Source: an uncultured Gammaproteobacteria bacterium (GTDB lineage: Bacteria > Patescibacteriota > Patescibacteriia > Magasanikbacterales > GWA2-37-8). From it: a stretch of 64,000 bases of DNA. Position numbers and translations under genes: made by a program. The DNA is taken from the NCBI GenBank assembly GCA_964641245.1, contig CAZXML010000001.1:229460-293459 (forward strand), written 5' to 3'. Positions 10,441-18,612 of this stretch are shown here, one piece after another (within the stretch, counting starts at the first letter, position 1; each line of letters starts with the position of its first letter). The notes under the pieces are model-generated. The model had not been told where the DNA came from. It made no database searches and saw nothing but the letters and a program-made list of their open reading frames with translations.

Positions 10441-11370
10441 CTACATCCACTTCTTCTTTTTAAACACCAAAAACATCAGCATCGCGCCGATGACGATTAG
10501 GCCGGTTATTTTCCAAAAACCAAATGGGGTGGCGACGATAGGAGTGCCGGCGGCTTGAATGCTAAAAAGGGTGGCCACCAGGGTGAGCGGGAAGGTAATT
10601 ACGGAAATTATGGTGAGGGTGCGCATTATTTCGTTCATGCGGAGGCCGACGACGGATTCGTTGGTTTCGTGAAGCGCATCTACACTTTCTTTTTGGCTTT
10701 CCAGCGTGTGCCAAATTTCGTTTACGTGTTCACGTACAGTATTTATATAACTTTGATAAGATGATAAATCCAAATCTCTGCCACCGCTGGTAATAAGATG
10801 ATCCAAAACGGTTTTGTGGCCTTGCATGGCCCGACGGAATGTGACCACGTTGGTTTTAAGGCGCAAAATTTCTTCGGCCATTTTCCGGTCCGGCATTTTG
10901 GTAAATAAAATTTTATCTACGGAATTGATGTCGTCGTTAACATGTAAAAGAATGGGGAATACCGAATCTAAAAGACGGGTTAAGAGTTCAAAAAAAATCT
11001 TGGCGGCAGTGCCCTGAAAATATTTAGACGCGGTAGCGGTGTCTTTTTGGCATTCATTAAAAAAATTCTCTATTACAGGTAAACTGTTGTTGTGAATCGT
11101 TATTAAACTTTGACCGTTTAAAAAGAAATCCACTTCGGTAAAGCCCAGCCGGCGGGTTTTACGGTCAAAAACCGGAAAATGCAGAACCAAAAAATAATAC
11201 CCCTCGCGTTTTACAAATTTAGGGCGTTGAAATGCGGGCAGACTTTCTTTTATTTCCTGGTCTGCTAGATTAAATCTTTTTTGCACGGCGCGCAAGACTT
11301 TTTCTTCCGGCTGGGTGACGTTTACCCAGAGCAAACCGTTGTTTTGAATTTCGTTGGAGTTTTTGTGCAT
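10441..11370 (-). CDS. CorA-like divalent cation transporter family protein (GMN motif degenerate).
   Basis: 309 aa with a cytoplasmic alpha/beta domain and two C-terminal TM helices, ending in a basic KKKKW tail (CorA/ZntB architecture). The canonical YGMNF is not present, so function is uncertain. Confidence 0.5.
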   Translation of the reverse strand: MHKNSNEIQNNGLLWVNVTQPEEKVLRAVQKRFNLADQEIKESLPAFQRPKFVKREGYYFLVLHFPVFDRKTRRLGFTEVDFFLNGQSLITIHNNSLPVIENFFNECQKDTATASKYFQGTAAKIFFELLTRLLDSVFPILLHVNDDINSVDKILFTKMPDRKMAEEILRLKTNVVTFRRAMQGHKTVLDHLITSGGRDLDLSSYQSYINTVREHVNEIWHTLESQKESVDALHETNESVVGLRMNEIMRTLTIISVITFPLTLVATLFSIQAAGTPIVATPFGFWKITGLIVIGAMLMFLVFKKKKWM

Positions 11371-11422
11371 AGATTACACGGATTTTTAGCTGATTACGCG
11401 GATTAAAGAAATAGACGCTTAT

Positions 11423-11535
11423 TTGTCATCCTGAACGTAGTGAAGGATCTCTGTCCGTCGTTTTTTTGCAAACCAGACAGAGATTCTTCTCCGTCCCGCC
11501 TAGGCAGGCGGATCAGAATGACAATTGACGAAACC
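11423..11535. repeat. Family A TGTCAT-type palindromic element (MITE-like).
   Basis: ttgtcatcctgaacgtagtgaaggatctctgtc...gacagagattcttc...cagaatgacaa. Confidence 0.8.
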
Positions 11536-11604
11536 CTGTATGAGTTATGGGTAAATACATTATACCACATTGTTGGCATACTTAAAATATGTTATAATAA
11601 TAAC

Positions 11605-12090
11605 ATGGCAATTGAACCTAAGGAATCAAATTTATCACCAATAACGGAAACAGAAATTAAGGCTCCACCCGAAGAGCTTGATTTGCAATTGGAAAAAGAG
11701 AGCGCCGAGGAAACAGAACCGGCGGAAGAAAAATTACCTCCGAAGCAAGTTAGCCCGCAACCGGCGCGGCCAATGCCAAAGCCAAGACCGGCCATGCCAC
11801 TGCCCGCCAAAGACGCAGTCATGGTCAAAATAGAAAAAATAATGGAAGAGGGGCTGAACGATTCTTTTCAACGTTTATCCCCTGTTGCCAAGCAGGAATT
11901 TAAATTAAAGGGCGAACAAGCGGCTTCTCAAATCAGAGAACTATTAAAAAGCACCCACGTAAAGGTTAAAAAAATCCTGCGTCTTATTTTGGATTGGTTA
12001 AGAATTCTGCCGGGCGTAAATCATTTTTTTCTAGAACAGGAGGCAAAAATAAAAACAGACAAAATTATCGCTTTAAAAAACAAAGTCTAA
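11605..12090 (+). CDS. Hypothetical Pro/Glu-rich protein.
   Basis: Probable true start MAIEPKESNL at 11605. The ORF-track start at 11440 lies inside the repeat element. No recognisable domains. Confidence 0.45.
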   Translation: MAIEPKESNLSPITETEIKAPPEELDLQLEKESAEETEPAEEKLPPKQVSPQPARPMPKPRPAMPLPAKDAVMVKIEKIMEEGLNDSFQRLSPVAKQEFKLKGEQAASQIRELLKSTHVKVKKILRLILDWLRILPGVNHFFLEQEAKIKTDKIIALKNKV

Positions 12091-12096
12091 TTCAAC

Positions 12097-12164
12097 TGTC
12101 ATGCTGAACTTGTTTCAGCATCTACACACAAGACTAAAGATCCTGAAACAAGTTCAGGATGACA
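12097..12164. repeat. Family A' twin-hairpin element (TGTCATGCTGAA...TTCAGGATGACA).
   Basis: tgtcatgctgaacttgtttcagcatct...agatcctgaaacaagttcaggatgaca. A direct copy lies at 14725-14790 and a third at 34243-34304. Confidence 0.85.
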
Positions 12165-12168
12165 AAAT

Positions 12169-14718
12169 ATGGATATTACTGTTATAACAGATTTTCTCAA
12201 CAATTTGCTGGCGAACAGTCTTTTTCTTTTATTATTTCCTCCCGCTTTTGGCCTAATTATTTTAATTTCTTTTTTATTTATTTTAAAATCAGTCTTTACG
12301 GCAAAAGGGCGCGAAAGCAAGGCTTTTCATAAAACAGTGCTGTTAATAAAAGTTCCTAAAGAAAAAAAGGGTGAAAAACCGGATTCAACCAGCGCGGAAG
12401 CCAATCTTAATCAAACCCGCGAAGAAGTAGCCGTGGCCGAAACTCTTTTCTCGGCCATAGCCGGTTTAAAAAGAGAAAGCGGTTTTATGGCCTGGTTGCG
12501 AGGCCGGAACGATCATGTTTCATTCGAAATTGTGGTAAAGGACAGCAAAATATCTTTTTATGTGGCCATGCCGGATAAAATTAAAGGTTTTCTGGAACAG
12601 CAAATTCACGCTCAATATCCTCATGCCGAAATCACCGAAGAACCGGACTACAATATTTTCAAACCGCAAAGCCATATTGTCGGCGCTTATCTTTGGTTAA
12701 AACACAAATCGGCTTTCCCGATTAAAACATACAAAAATCTGGAAGGAGACCCTTTGATTTCTCTGCTCAATCCGCTAAGTAAAATTCTGGAAGACGAAGG
12801 AGCTATAATTCAGGTTGTAGCGCGTCCGGCTACCACTAAATGGCGCAGTCAGGGTGTCCGCATGATTCGTGATATTAAAAAAGGAGAAAAATTTGAATAC
12901 GTTGCCAGACGCGGCAAAATAGGTCGCGCTATGGCCGGGTGGACAAAGGTAATTTTCCCAAAAAAGAAAGAGAACAGCGAACATCAAGGTGAAAAACAAT
13001 ACCAACTCACCCAAATGGAAGAAGAGATGGTGAAAAACATGGAAGAAAAAATAAGCCGGGGGGGACTGGAAACCACTATTCGATTGATAAGTTCGGCCAA
13101 CAGCAAAGAAAAGGCTGTGCTTAATCTGGAAAACATTATCAACGCTTTTAGTCAATATAATTTGTACCGCTACGGCAATACTTTTGCGGCCGCTGTTCCC
13201 CGCAAGCCCAACGCTCTCATCCGCGATTCTATTTACCGCACCATGCGTGAGGATAAATATATGGTTTTGAGTACGGAAGAAATGGCCGGTTTGTGGCACT
13301 TGCCTACTCCCAGCACCGAAACTCCCAACATCAACTGGCTGGGCGCGCGCAAGGCTCCGCCACCAACAAATATGCCCAAAGAAGGCATTATTTTGGGCCG
13401 GGCCGTATACCGCGGCGAAGAAACAGTCGTGCGCATGAAACGCGACGACCGGCGCCGACATTTATATACTATTGGTAAATCCGGTAGCGGTAAATCCGTA
13501 TTTATTCAAAATTTAGCTGTTCAGGATATTATTAACGGCGAAGGCGTTTGCGTTATAGACCCGCACGGAGATTTCGCCGAATATGTTTTACAGCACGTGC
13601 CAAAAGAAAGAGCCGAAGATGTTATTTATTTCAATCCTTCCGACACCGAACGTCCGATTGGTTTAAACATGCTGGAAATAAATACCGAGGAACAAAAAGA
13701 TTTTGCCACCCAGGAAATGATTGCAATTTTTTACAGACTGGTAACGGACCCAAGCATGATTGGCCCGATGTTTGAACACAATATGCGCAACGTAATGTTG
13801 ACTCTGATGGCCGACATGGTAAACCCAGGCACAATTGCCGAAATTCCCCGCATGTTTACCGATGATGATTTTGTAAAAGAATGGAAAGCGAAACTTACGG
13901 ACCCGATGGTACTGGCTTTCTGGGATAAAGAAATGGCCAAAACATCCGACTTCCATAAATCGGAAATGCTGGGTTATTTGATTTCTAAGGTGGGACGGTT
14001 TGTGGAAAACGCCATGATCCGCAATATCATCGGCCAGTCACACTCCGGGTTTAATTTCCGCGAAATAATGGATAAGAAAAAAATTCTGATTGTAAATTTG
14101 GCCAAAGGTTTGGTGGGAGAAATAAACTCCAACCTATTGGGTTTAATAATTGTTTCCAAACTGCAGATGACCGCATTGGAGCGCGCATCTATGCCGGAAG
14201 AACAACGCAATGATTTTTATTTATACATAGATGAGTTCCAAAACTTTATCACCGAATCTATTGCCACTATTCTTTCCGAAGCGCGCAAATATCGTTTGGA
14301 GCTTATCATTGCGCATCAATATATGAAACAACTGGAAGACAATAAAGGTAAAACCACTGTGCGTGATGCCGTTTTGGGAAATGCCGGCACCATAGTTTCT
14401 TTCCGTATTGGCGTAGAAGACGCGGAAATTTTGGCTAAAGAATTCGCTCCGGTGTTTAGCGCCTACGATTTGGTGAACGTGGAGCAATATACCGCTTACG
14501 CCAAACTTTTAATTGACAATACCGCCGCTAAGCCGTTTAATATGTTTACCTATCCGCCCCGTGCCGGCAACAAAGAGCTGGCTGCAGCCATCAAAGAACT
14601 CTCCAGGCTGAAGTACGGACGGCCCAGAGAAATTGTGGAAGCGGAAATAAATGAACGCGCGCAGTTGGGTGTAGCTGTGTCTGAAGGAGAAACGACTACG
14701 AGCGAGGCGACACTTTAA
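12169..14718 (+). CDS. Membrane-anchored type IV secretion-like ATPase (VirB4/TraC-VirD4 superfamily, AAA_10/TraG-D_C-like C-terminal half).
   Basis: 849 aa with N-terminal TM helices. Walker A TIGKSGSGKS falls near residue 447 and Walker B is YLYIDEFQNF. The post-Walker-B motif ARKYRLELIIAHQYMKQL fits the (A)RK...hhhh(T/H)Q...QL signature of T4SS ATPases. The N-terminal ~440 aa are paralogous to 18610-20013. Confidence 0.6.
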   Translation: MDITVITDFLNNLLANSLFLLLFPPAFGLIILISFLFILKSVFTAKGRESKAFHKTVLLIKVPKEKKGEKPDSTSAEANLNQTREEVAVAETLFSAIAGLKRESGFMAWLRGRNDHVSFEIVVKDSKISFYVAMPDKIKGFLEQQIHAQYPHAEITEEPDYNIFKPQSHIVGAYLWLKHKSAFPIKTYKNLEGDPLISLLNPLSKILEDEGAIIQVVARPATTKWRSQGVRMIRDIKKGEKFEYVARRGKIGRAMAGWTKVIFPKKKENSEHQGEKQYQLTQMEEEMVKNMEEKISRGGLETTIRLISSANSKEKAVLNLENIINAFSQYNLYRYGNTFAAAVPRKPNALIRDSIYRTMREDKYMVLSTEEMAGLWHLPTPSTETPNINWLGARKAPPPTNMPKEGIILGRAVYRGEETVVRMKRDDRRRHLYTIGKSGSGKSVFIQNLAVQDIINGEGVCVIDPHGDFAEYVLQHVPKERAEDVIYFNPSDTERPIGLNMLEINTEEQKDFATQEMIAIFYRLVTDPSMIGPMFEHNMRNVMLTLMADMVNPGTIAEIPRMFTDDDFVKEWKAKLTDPMVLAFWDKEMAKTSDFHKSEMLGYLISKVGRFVENAMIRNIIGQSHSGFNFREIMDKKKILIVNLAKGLVGEINSNLLGLIIVSKLQMTALERASMPEEQRNDFYLYIDEFQNFITESIATILSEARKYRLELIIAHQYMKQLEDNKGKTTVRDAVLGNAGTIVSFRIGVEDAEILAKEFAPVFSAYDLVNVEQYTAYAKLLIDNTAAKPFNMFTYPPRAGNKELAAAIKELSRLKYGRPREIVEAEINERAQLGVAVSEGETTTSEATL

Positions 14719-14724
14719 TTAATT

Positions 14725-14790
14725 GTCATGCTGAACTTGTTTCAGCATCTGCTTAAGAACGAAAGATCCTGAAACAAGTTCAGGATGACA
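14725..14790. repeat. Family A' element, direct copy of 12097-12164.
   Basis: tgtcatgctgaacttgtttcagcatct...agatcctgaaacaagttcaggatgaca. Confidence 0.85.
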
Positions 14791-14796
14791 TTGCGT

Positions 14797-16383
14797 ATGA
14801 GTACGATCTACCGTAAATACCGGCCTCAATTATTTAGTGATATTGTTGGGCAACAGCATATTATAAAAACGGTTATTAACGAAATAACTGCCGGTAAGAT
14901 AGCGCACGCCTATCTTTTTTGCGGTCCCCGCGGAACGGGGAAAACCACTTTGGCCAGATTGCTCGCCAAGTCCATAAATTGCGCAAACAGAAAAGAAAAA
15001 GACAGCGAGCCGTGCGGTACGTGTTCGTCGTGCGCGGAGGTTACAGACGGCCGCAATATAGATGTGATAGAAATAGACGCGGCGTCGCACACGGGCGTAG
15101 AAAATATGCGCGAAAATATTATAGAAAACGCGCAATTTAAACCCACCAAATCAAAATATAAAGTATTTATCATCGACGAAGTGCACATGCTTTCCACCGG
15201 CGCCTTTAACGCGTTACTTAAGACGCTGGAAGAACCGCCCGCCCACGTAATTTTTATTCTGGCCACTACCGAACAACAAAAACTACCGGCCACCATTATT
15301 TCCCGCTGTCAGCGTTTTAATTTCAAAAGAGTCGGCTATGAAGATATGATGAAACGTCTGGGCGAAATTTGTAAAAGTGAAAAAGTAAAAGTAGACAAAG
15401 AAGTTTTGGAACGCGTTATAAATAAAAGCGATGGCTGTATGCGCGACGCCGAAAGTTTGCTAGGGCAAGTATTAAGTTTGGATTTGAAGAGCATTAGCCC
15501 GGAAGACGCGGAAATGATTTTGCCCACCTCCGGCATTCAAACAGTGCTGGAGTTTATAAATTTTATTTTAGAGAAACAAACCGCGGAAGCCATAAAAATG
15601 ATTCAAAATCTGGTTTCAGACGGCGTGAACCTGGAACAATTTGCTTACGATACACTGGAGGCTCTGCGACTTCTTATGATTCTACAGGTTGATCCACAGG
15701 CCAAAAATATCAACACCGATTACAGCGATGAGGCTCTAAAATCACTCAAAAAAACCGGTCTTAAAATTTCCGCCCAACATTTGGTAAAAATGATTGAAGC
15801 GTTAATTATCCGACGTCGGGATATTAAGTCATCGCCAATGCCGCAATTGCCGTTGGAGCTGTTTGTGGTGGAGTTTACGTGCGCTCCTGACCGCCACTTC
15901 GACGACACACCGATTGTCATTCTGACGAAGGAAGAATCTATACCGATAAAAAAAAATAGTATAGATCCCTCGTCGGCTACGGCCTCGCTCGGGATGACAA
16001 ACAATACAATCACCCAAACCATAAAAGACACCATCTCCAACCTTACCCACAAGCAAATTAAAACCACTTTAGAGGACATAAAAGCAAAATGGAATGACGT
16101 TATCCGGGAAATTTCCAAGGAAAACCATTCCCTTAGTTTCATTTTAAAAATGAGCAATCTTTTGGCTGTAGACGATGATGGTCTTAAAATCTCCGTCCCC
16201 TACTCTTTCCACAAAGATAAGCTGGAAGAAAATAAAACCAAAAAAACCATAGAACAGACCCTGACGAACTTTTTTTCGGAACGCATATTTTTACAATGCG
16301 AGGTTGTAGAAAGCCGGGTACAAACAAATAACGATGACGACTTAAATAAATTGGCTGCGGACTTTGGAGGGAATGTTGTATGA
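14797..16383 (+). CDS. dnaX: DNA polymerase III subunit gamma/tau.
   Basis: MSTIYRKYRPQLFSDIVGQQHI is followed by the Walker A GPRGTGKTT, the zinc module CGTCSSC and the DEVHML box. The ATG at 14785 lies within the repeat (ggATGACA), so the second ATG at 14797 is preferred. Confidence 0.9.
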   Translation: MSTIYRKYRPQLFSDIVGQQHIIKTVINEITAGKIAHAYLFCGPRGTGKTTLARLLAKSINCANRKEKDSEPCGTCSSCAEVTDGRNIDVIEIDAASHTGVENMRENIIENAQFKPTKSKYKVFIIDEVHMLSTGAFNALLKTLEEPPAHVIFILATTEQQKLPATIISRCQRFNFKRVGYEDMMKRLGEICKSEKVKVDKEVLERVINKSDGCMRDAESLLGQVLSLDLKSISPEDAEMILPTSGIQTVLEFINFILEKQTAEAIKMIQNLVSDGVNLEQFAYDTLEALRLLMILQVDPQAKNINTDYSDEALKSLKKTGLKISAQHLVKMIEALIIRRRDIKSSPMPQLPLELFVVEFTCAPDRHFDDTPIVILTKEESIPIKKNSIDPSSATASLGMTNNTITQTIKDTISNLTHKQIKTTLEDIKAKWNDVIREISKENHSLSFILKMSNLLAVDDDGLKISVPYSFHKDKLEENKTKKTIEQTLTNFFSERIFLQCEVVESRVQTNNDDDLNKLAADFGGNVV

Positions 16384-17210
16384 AGGTGAAATTGATTATT
16401 TTTATTTTTTCCGCAATGTTTTTAGTCCACCCTGTCATAATCGCCCGTGCGGCTGATTTTGTTAATCTTTCCGTGCCTTATGTGCCGGAAGCCCCGGATG
16501 GTTTAATGGTAAAACCGTGGAATAATTCCTGCGAAGAAGCTTCCACAGTTATGCTTGATGAATACTATTCCGGAAACAATGATAAGAGGCTTGCTAACGT
16601 AAAGGCAAAAAAATCAATTTTATTTTATATAGACATTGAAAATAAGCTTTTTGGATATAACAGCAACACTAACGCCGCCGAAATGACAAAAGTAATAAAC
16701 GGATACTCCAAATACTTTGAAGCTAAAATAAAAACCGACCCGACCCTGGATGAAATAAAAAATGAACTAAATTTAGGCCGTCCGGTGATTGCTCTGCTTT
16801 ACGGAAAAAACCTGAATAACCCCCGCATTCAATTTGCCCGGAGCGGTTCTTATTATCATACATTTGTAATAAAAGGCTTTGATGACGCCACCGAAGAATT
16901 TATTGTAAATGATAATGGCGACCTGAAAAAAGGCCTTGACTTGCGCTATAAATATGATACAATCTTAGGCGCTTTACGTGATTACAATCACAAGACGAAA
17001 TTAACGGAAAAGCCCGCAACTGCGCTGTTTACCAGTCAGAGAATGCTGGTAAAAACAAAGGATAGCGGACGAATTTATCTTATCAATGACAACAAAAAAC
17101 ACCATGTTTCTTCTCCACAATTGTTTAAAGACCGCAAATGGAAATGGAGCTTTGTGATGACGGTGGATAAATCATGGCTGGAGAAATTCCAATCAGGACC
17201 GGCAATATAG
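16380..17210 (+). CDS. Secreted C39-like (papain-fold) peptidase domain protein.
   Basis: A signal peptide is present. The motif NNSCEEASTVMLDEYYSG resembles the Peptidase_C39_2 catalytic Cys region. The start overlaps the dnaX stop (ATGA). Confidence 0.5.
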   Translation: MKVKLIIFIFSAMFLVHPVIIARAADFVNLSVPYVPEAPDGLMVKPWNNSCEEASTVMLDEYYSGNNDKRLANVKAKKSILFYIDIENKLFGYNSNTNAAEMTKVINGYSKYFEAKIKTDPTLDEIKNELNLGRPVIALLYGKNLNNPRIQFARSGSYYHTFVIKGFDDATEEFIVNDNGDLKKGLDLRYKYDTILGALRDYNHKTKLTEKPATALFTSQRMLVKTKDSGRIYLINDNKKHHVSSPQLFKDRKWKWSFVMTVDKSWLEKFQSGPAI

Positions 17211-17212
17211 AC

Positions 17213-17283
17213 TCCGAGGTGGTCTAATGGTAGGACAGCAGACTCTGAATCTGCTTATCTTGGTTCGAATCCAAGCCTCGGAA
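17213..17283 (+). tRNA. tRNA-Gln (anticodon CTG).
   Basis: Cloverleaf with acceptor tccgagg/cctcgga, anticodon stem gcaga/tctgc, loop ctCTGaa and T-arm cttgg-ttcgaat-ccaag. No CCA is encoded. Confidence 0.85.
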
Positions 17284-17286
17284 CAT

Positions 17287-18138
17287 ATGTCTCAAATTAT
17301 CGACGGAAAACTCATTGCGGCAAAAATAGAGACGGAAATTGCTTCGCGCATTGAAGCTCTAAAACAAACGGGTATTACTCCAAAGTTGGCCGTTGTTTTG
17401 GTTGGCGAAGACCGGCCATCTCGGATTTATATCAAAAGAAAGAAAGAAGCGGCGGAACGTGTGGGTATTAATTTTGAATTACATGAATTACCGGAAGATA
17501 TAGAAAAAAACGAGCTTATTAAAACCGTACAAAAAATACAGCAGGATCCCCTGCTTACCGGACTGATAATTCAGCTTCCCCTGCCGGAGCGTTTGTATGT
17601 GCCGGAAGTACTTAACGCAATTAATCCAAATATAGACGTTGACTGTCTGACGGATTGCAATATCGGCAAGCTTGTAATGAAAACAAATTTGATTGAACCA
17701 CCAACTCCTTGGGCTGTCATTAAAACTTTAAAAGAAATTAATTTTGACTTGGCCGGAAAAAATGCCATTATTATCGGCACCGGCGCGCTGGTGGGCAAAC
17801 CTCTGGCCATAATGCTGGTAAACGAACTGGCCAGTGTAACCACCTGTAATAGCCGGACTAGAGATATAAAAAATAAATGCCTAAACGCGGATGTGATTAT
17901 TTCCGCTGTGGGCAAAAAAGATATTGTTACGGCCGATATGGTAAATGATGGCGCTGTGGTAATTGATACCGGTATTGTTTACGACAACGGAAAAATGCGC
18001 GGCGATGTTGATTTTGCCAATGTTTCTTCAAAAACCAGCTTCATCACTCCCACCCCGGGCGGAATCGGCCCCATTACCGTTGCCAAACTTCTTCTAAATA
18101 CCACTATTTGCGCGGAAAAGATAAACGGTATACTATAG
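17287..18138 (+). CDS. folD: Bifunctional methylenetetrahydrofolate dehydrogenase/cyclohydrolase FolD.
   Basis: MSQIIDGKLIAAKI...YIKRKKEAAERVGI plus a GxGxxVG Rossmann region. The ORF-track start at 17227 overlaps the tRNA and is rejected. Confidence 0.9.
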   Translation: MSQIIDGKLIAAKIETEIASRIEALKQTGITPKLAVVLVGEDRPSRIYIKRKKEAAERVGINFELHELPEDIEKNELIKTVQKIQQDPLLTGLIIQLPLPERLYVPEVLNAINPNIDVDCLTDCNIGKLVMKTNLIEPPTPWAVIKTLKEINFDLAGKNAIIIGTGALVGKPLAIMLVNELASVTTCNSRTRDIKNKCLNADVIISAVGKKDIVTADMVNDGAVVIDTGIVYDNGKMRGDVDFANVSSKTSFITPTPGGIGPITVAKLLLNTTICAEKINGIL

Positions 18139-18152
18139 ATAAGGAGGCTGGT

Positions 18153-18350
18153 ATGGCGACAAAAAACTTGCCTTGCGGCAAAAAAGTTGGAATTGAGAAA
18201 GGCAATTGTGACGGCGAACTCATTCTAATTGACGGATCGCAGTCGCGCACTCGTGTGCGTTGCAATAAGTGCGGTAGGGTAGTTATTTTAAAAATGTCGT
18301 TACTGCAATTTGCCCAATTTTTGAAAGAAAAACAGGATTTAAAAAAGTAG
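18153..18350 (+). CDS. Small 4-Cys zinc-ribbon protein (hypothetical).
   Basis: A strong RBS (aaggagg) precedes MATKNLPCGKK...NCDG...RCNKCG. Confidence 0.45.
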   Translation: MATKNLPCGKKVGIEKGNCDGELILIDGSQSRTRVRCNKCGRVVILKMSLLQFAQFLKEKQDLKK

Positions 18351-18372
18351 GCCCAAAGGCAAGGAGCTAACC

Positions 18373-18576
18373 ATGAAACCATGGCAAACAGACTGGCAGA
18401 TTGAAGTTCTTTTAGGAAAAGTGGTGATGCACGATTGCCTGTATTGCAACCAAAGAACAGTTTACCATCTGACCATAATTCTGGATGGAAAAACAAATTT
18501 TAAGCGCTACAAATGGCTGTGCAGTGTATGTGGAGGCGTGATCTATGAAAAGCTTGGATTATTTGAGCCAAATTAA
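18373..18576 (+). CDS. Small 4-Cys zinc-ribbon protein (hypothetical), in tandem with the previous one.
   Basis: An RBS (aaggag) precedes CLYC...CSVCGG. Confidence 0.45.
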   Translation: MKPWQTDWQIEVLLGKVVMHDCLYCNQRTVYHLTIILDGKTNFKRYKWLCSVCGGVIYEKLGLFEPN

Positions 18577-18581
18577 GAGTT

Positions 18582-18612
18582 GACGGACTCTCCAAAACCG
18601 TCATTTTTTTTA
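18582..18612 (+). terminator. Intrinsic terminator.
   Basis: gacggactctccaaaaccgtc followed by attttttttagg. Confidence 0.55.

Noticed and set aside
12775-13956. Minus-strand ORFs (228 aa and others) inside the T4SS-like ATPase gene.
   Set aside because: Antisense to a gene with strong motif support.
17227-17286. ORF-track start of folD at 17227.
   Set aside because: It overlaps the tRNA-Gln(CTG) gene. The ATG at 17287 with the MSQIIDGK FolD N-terminus is preferred.
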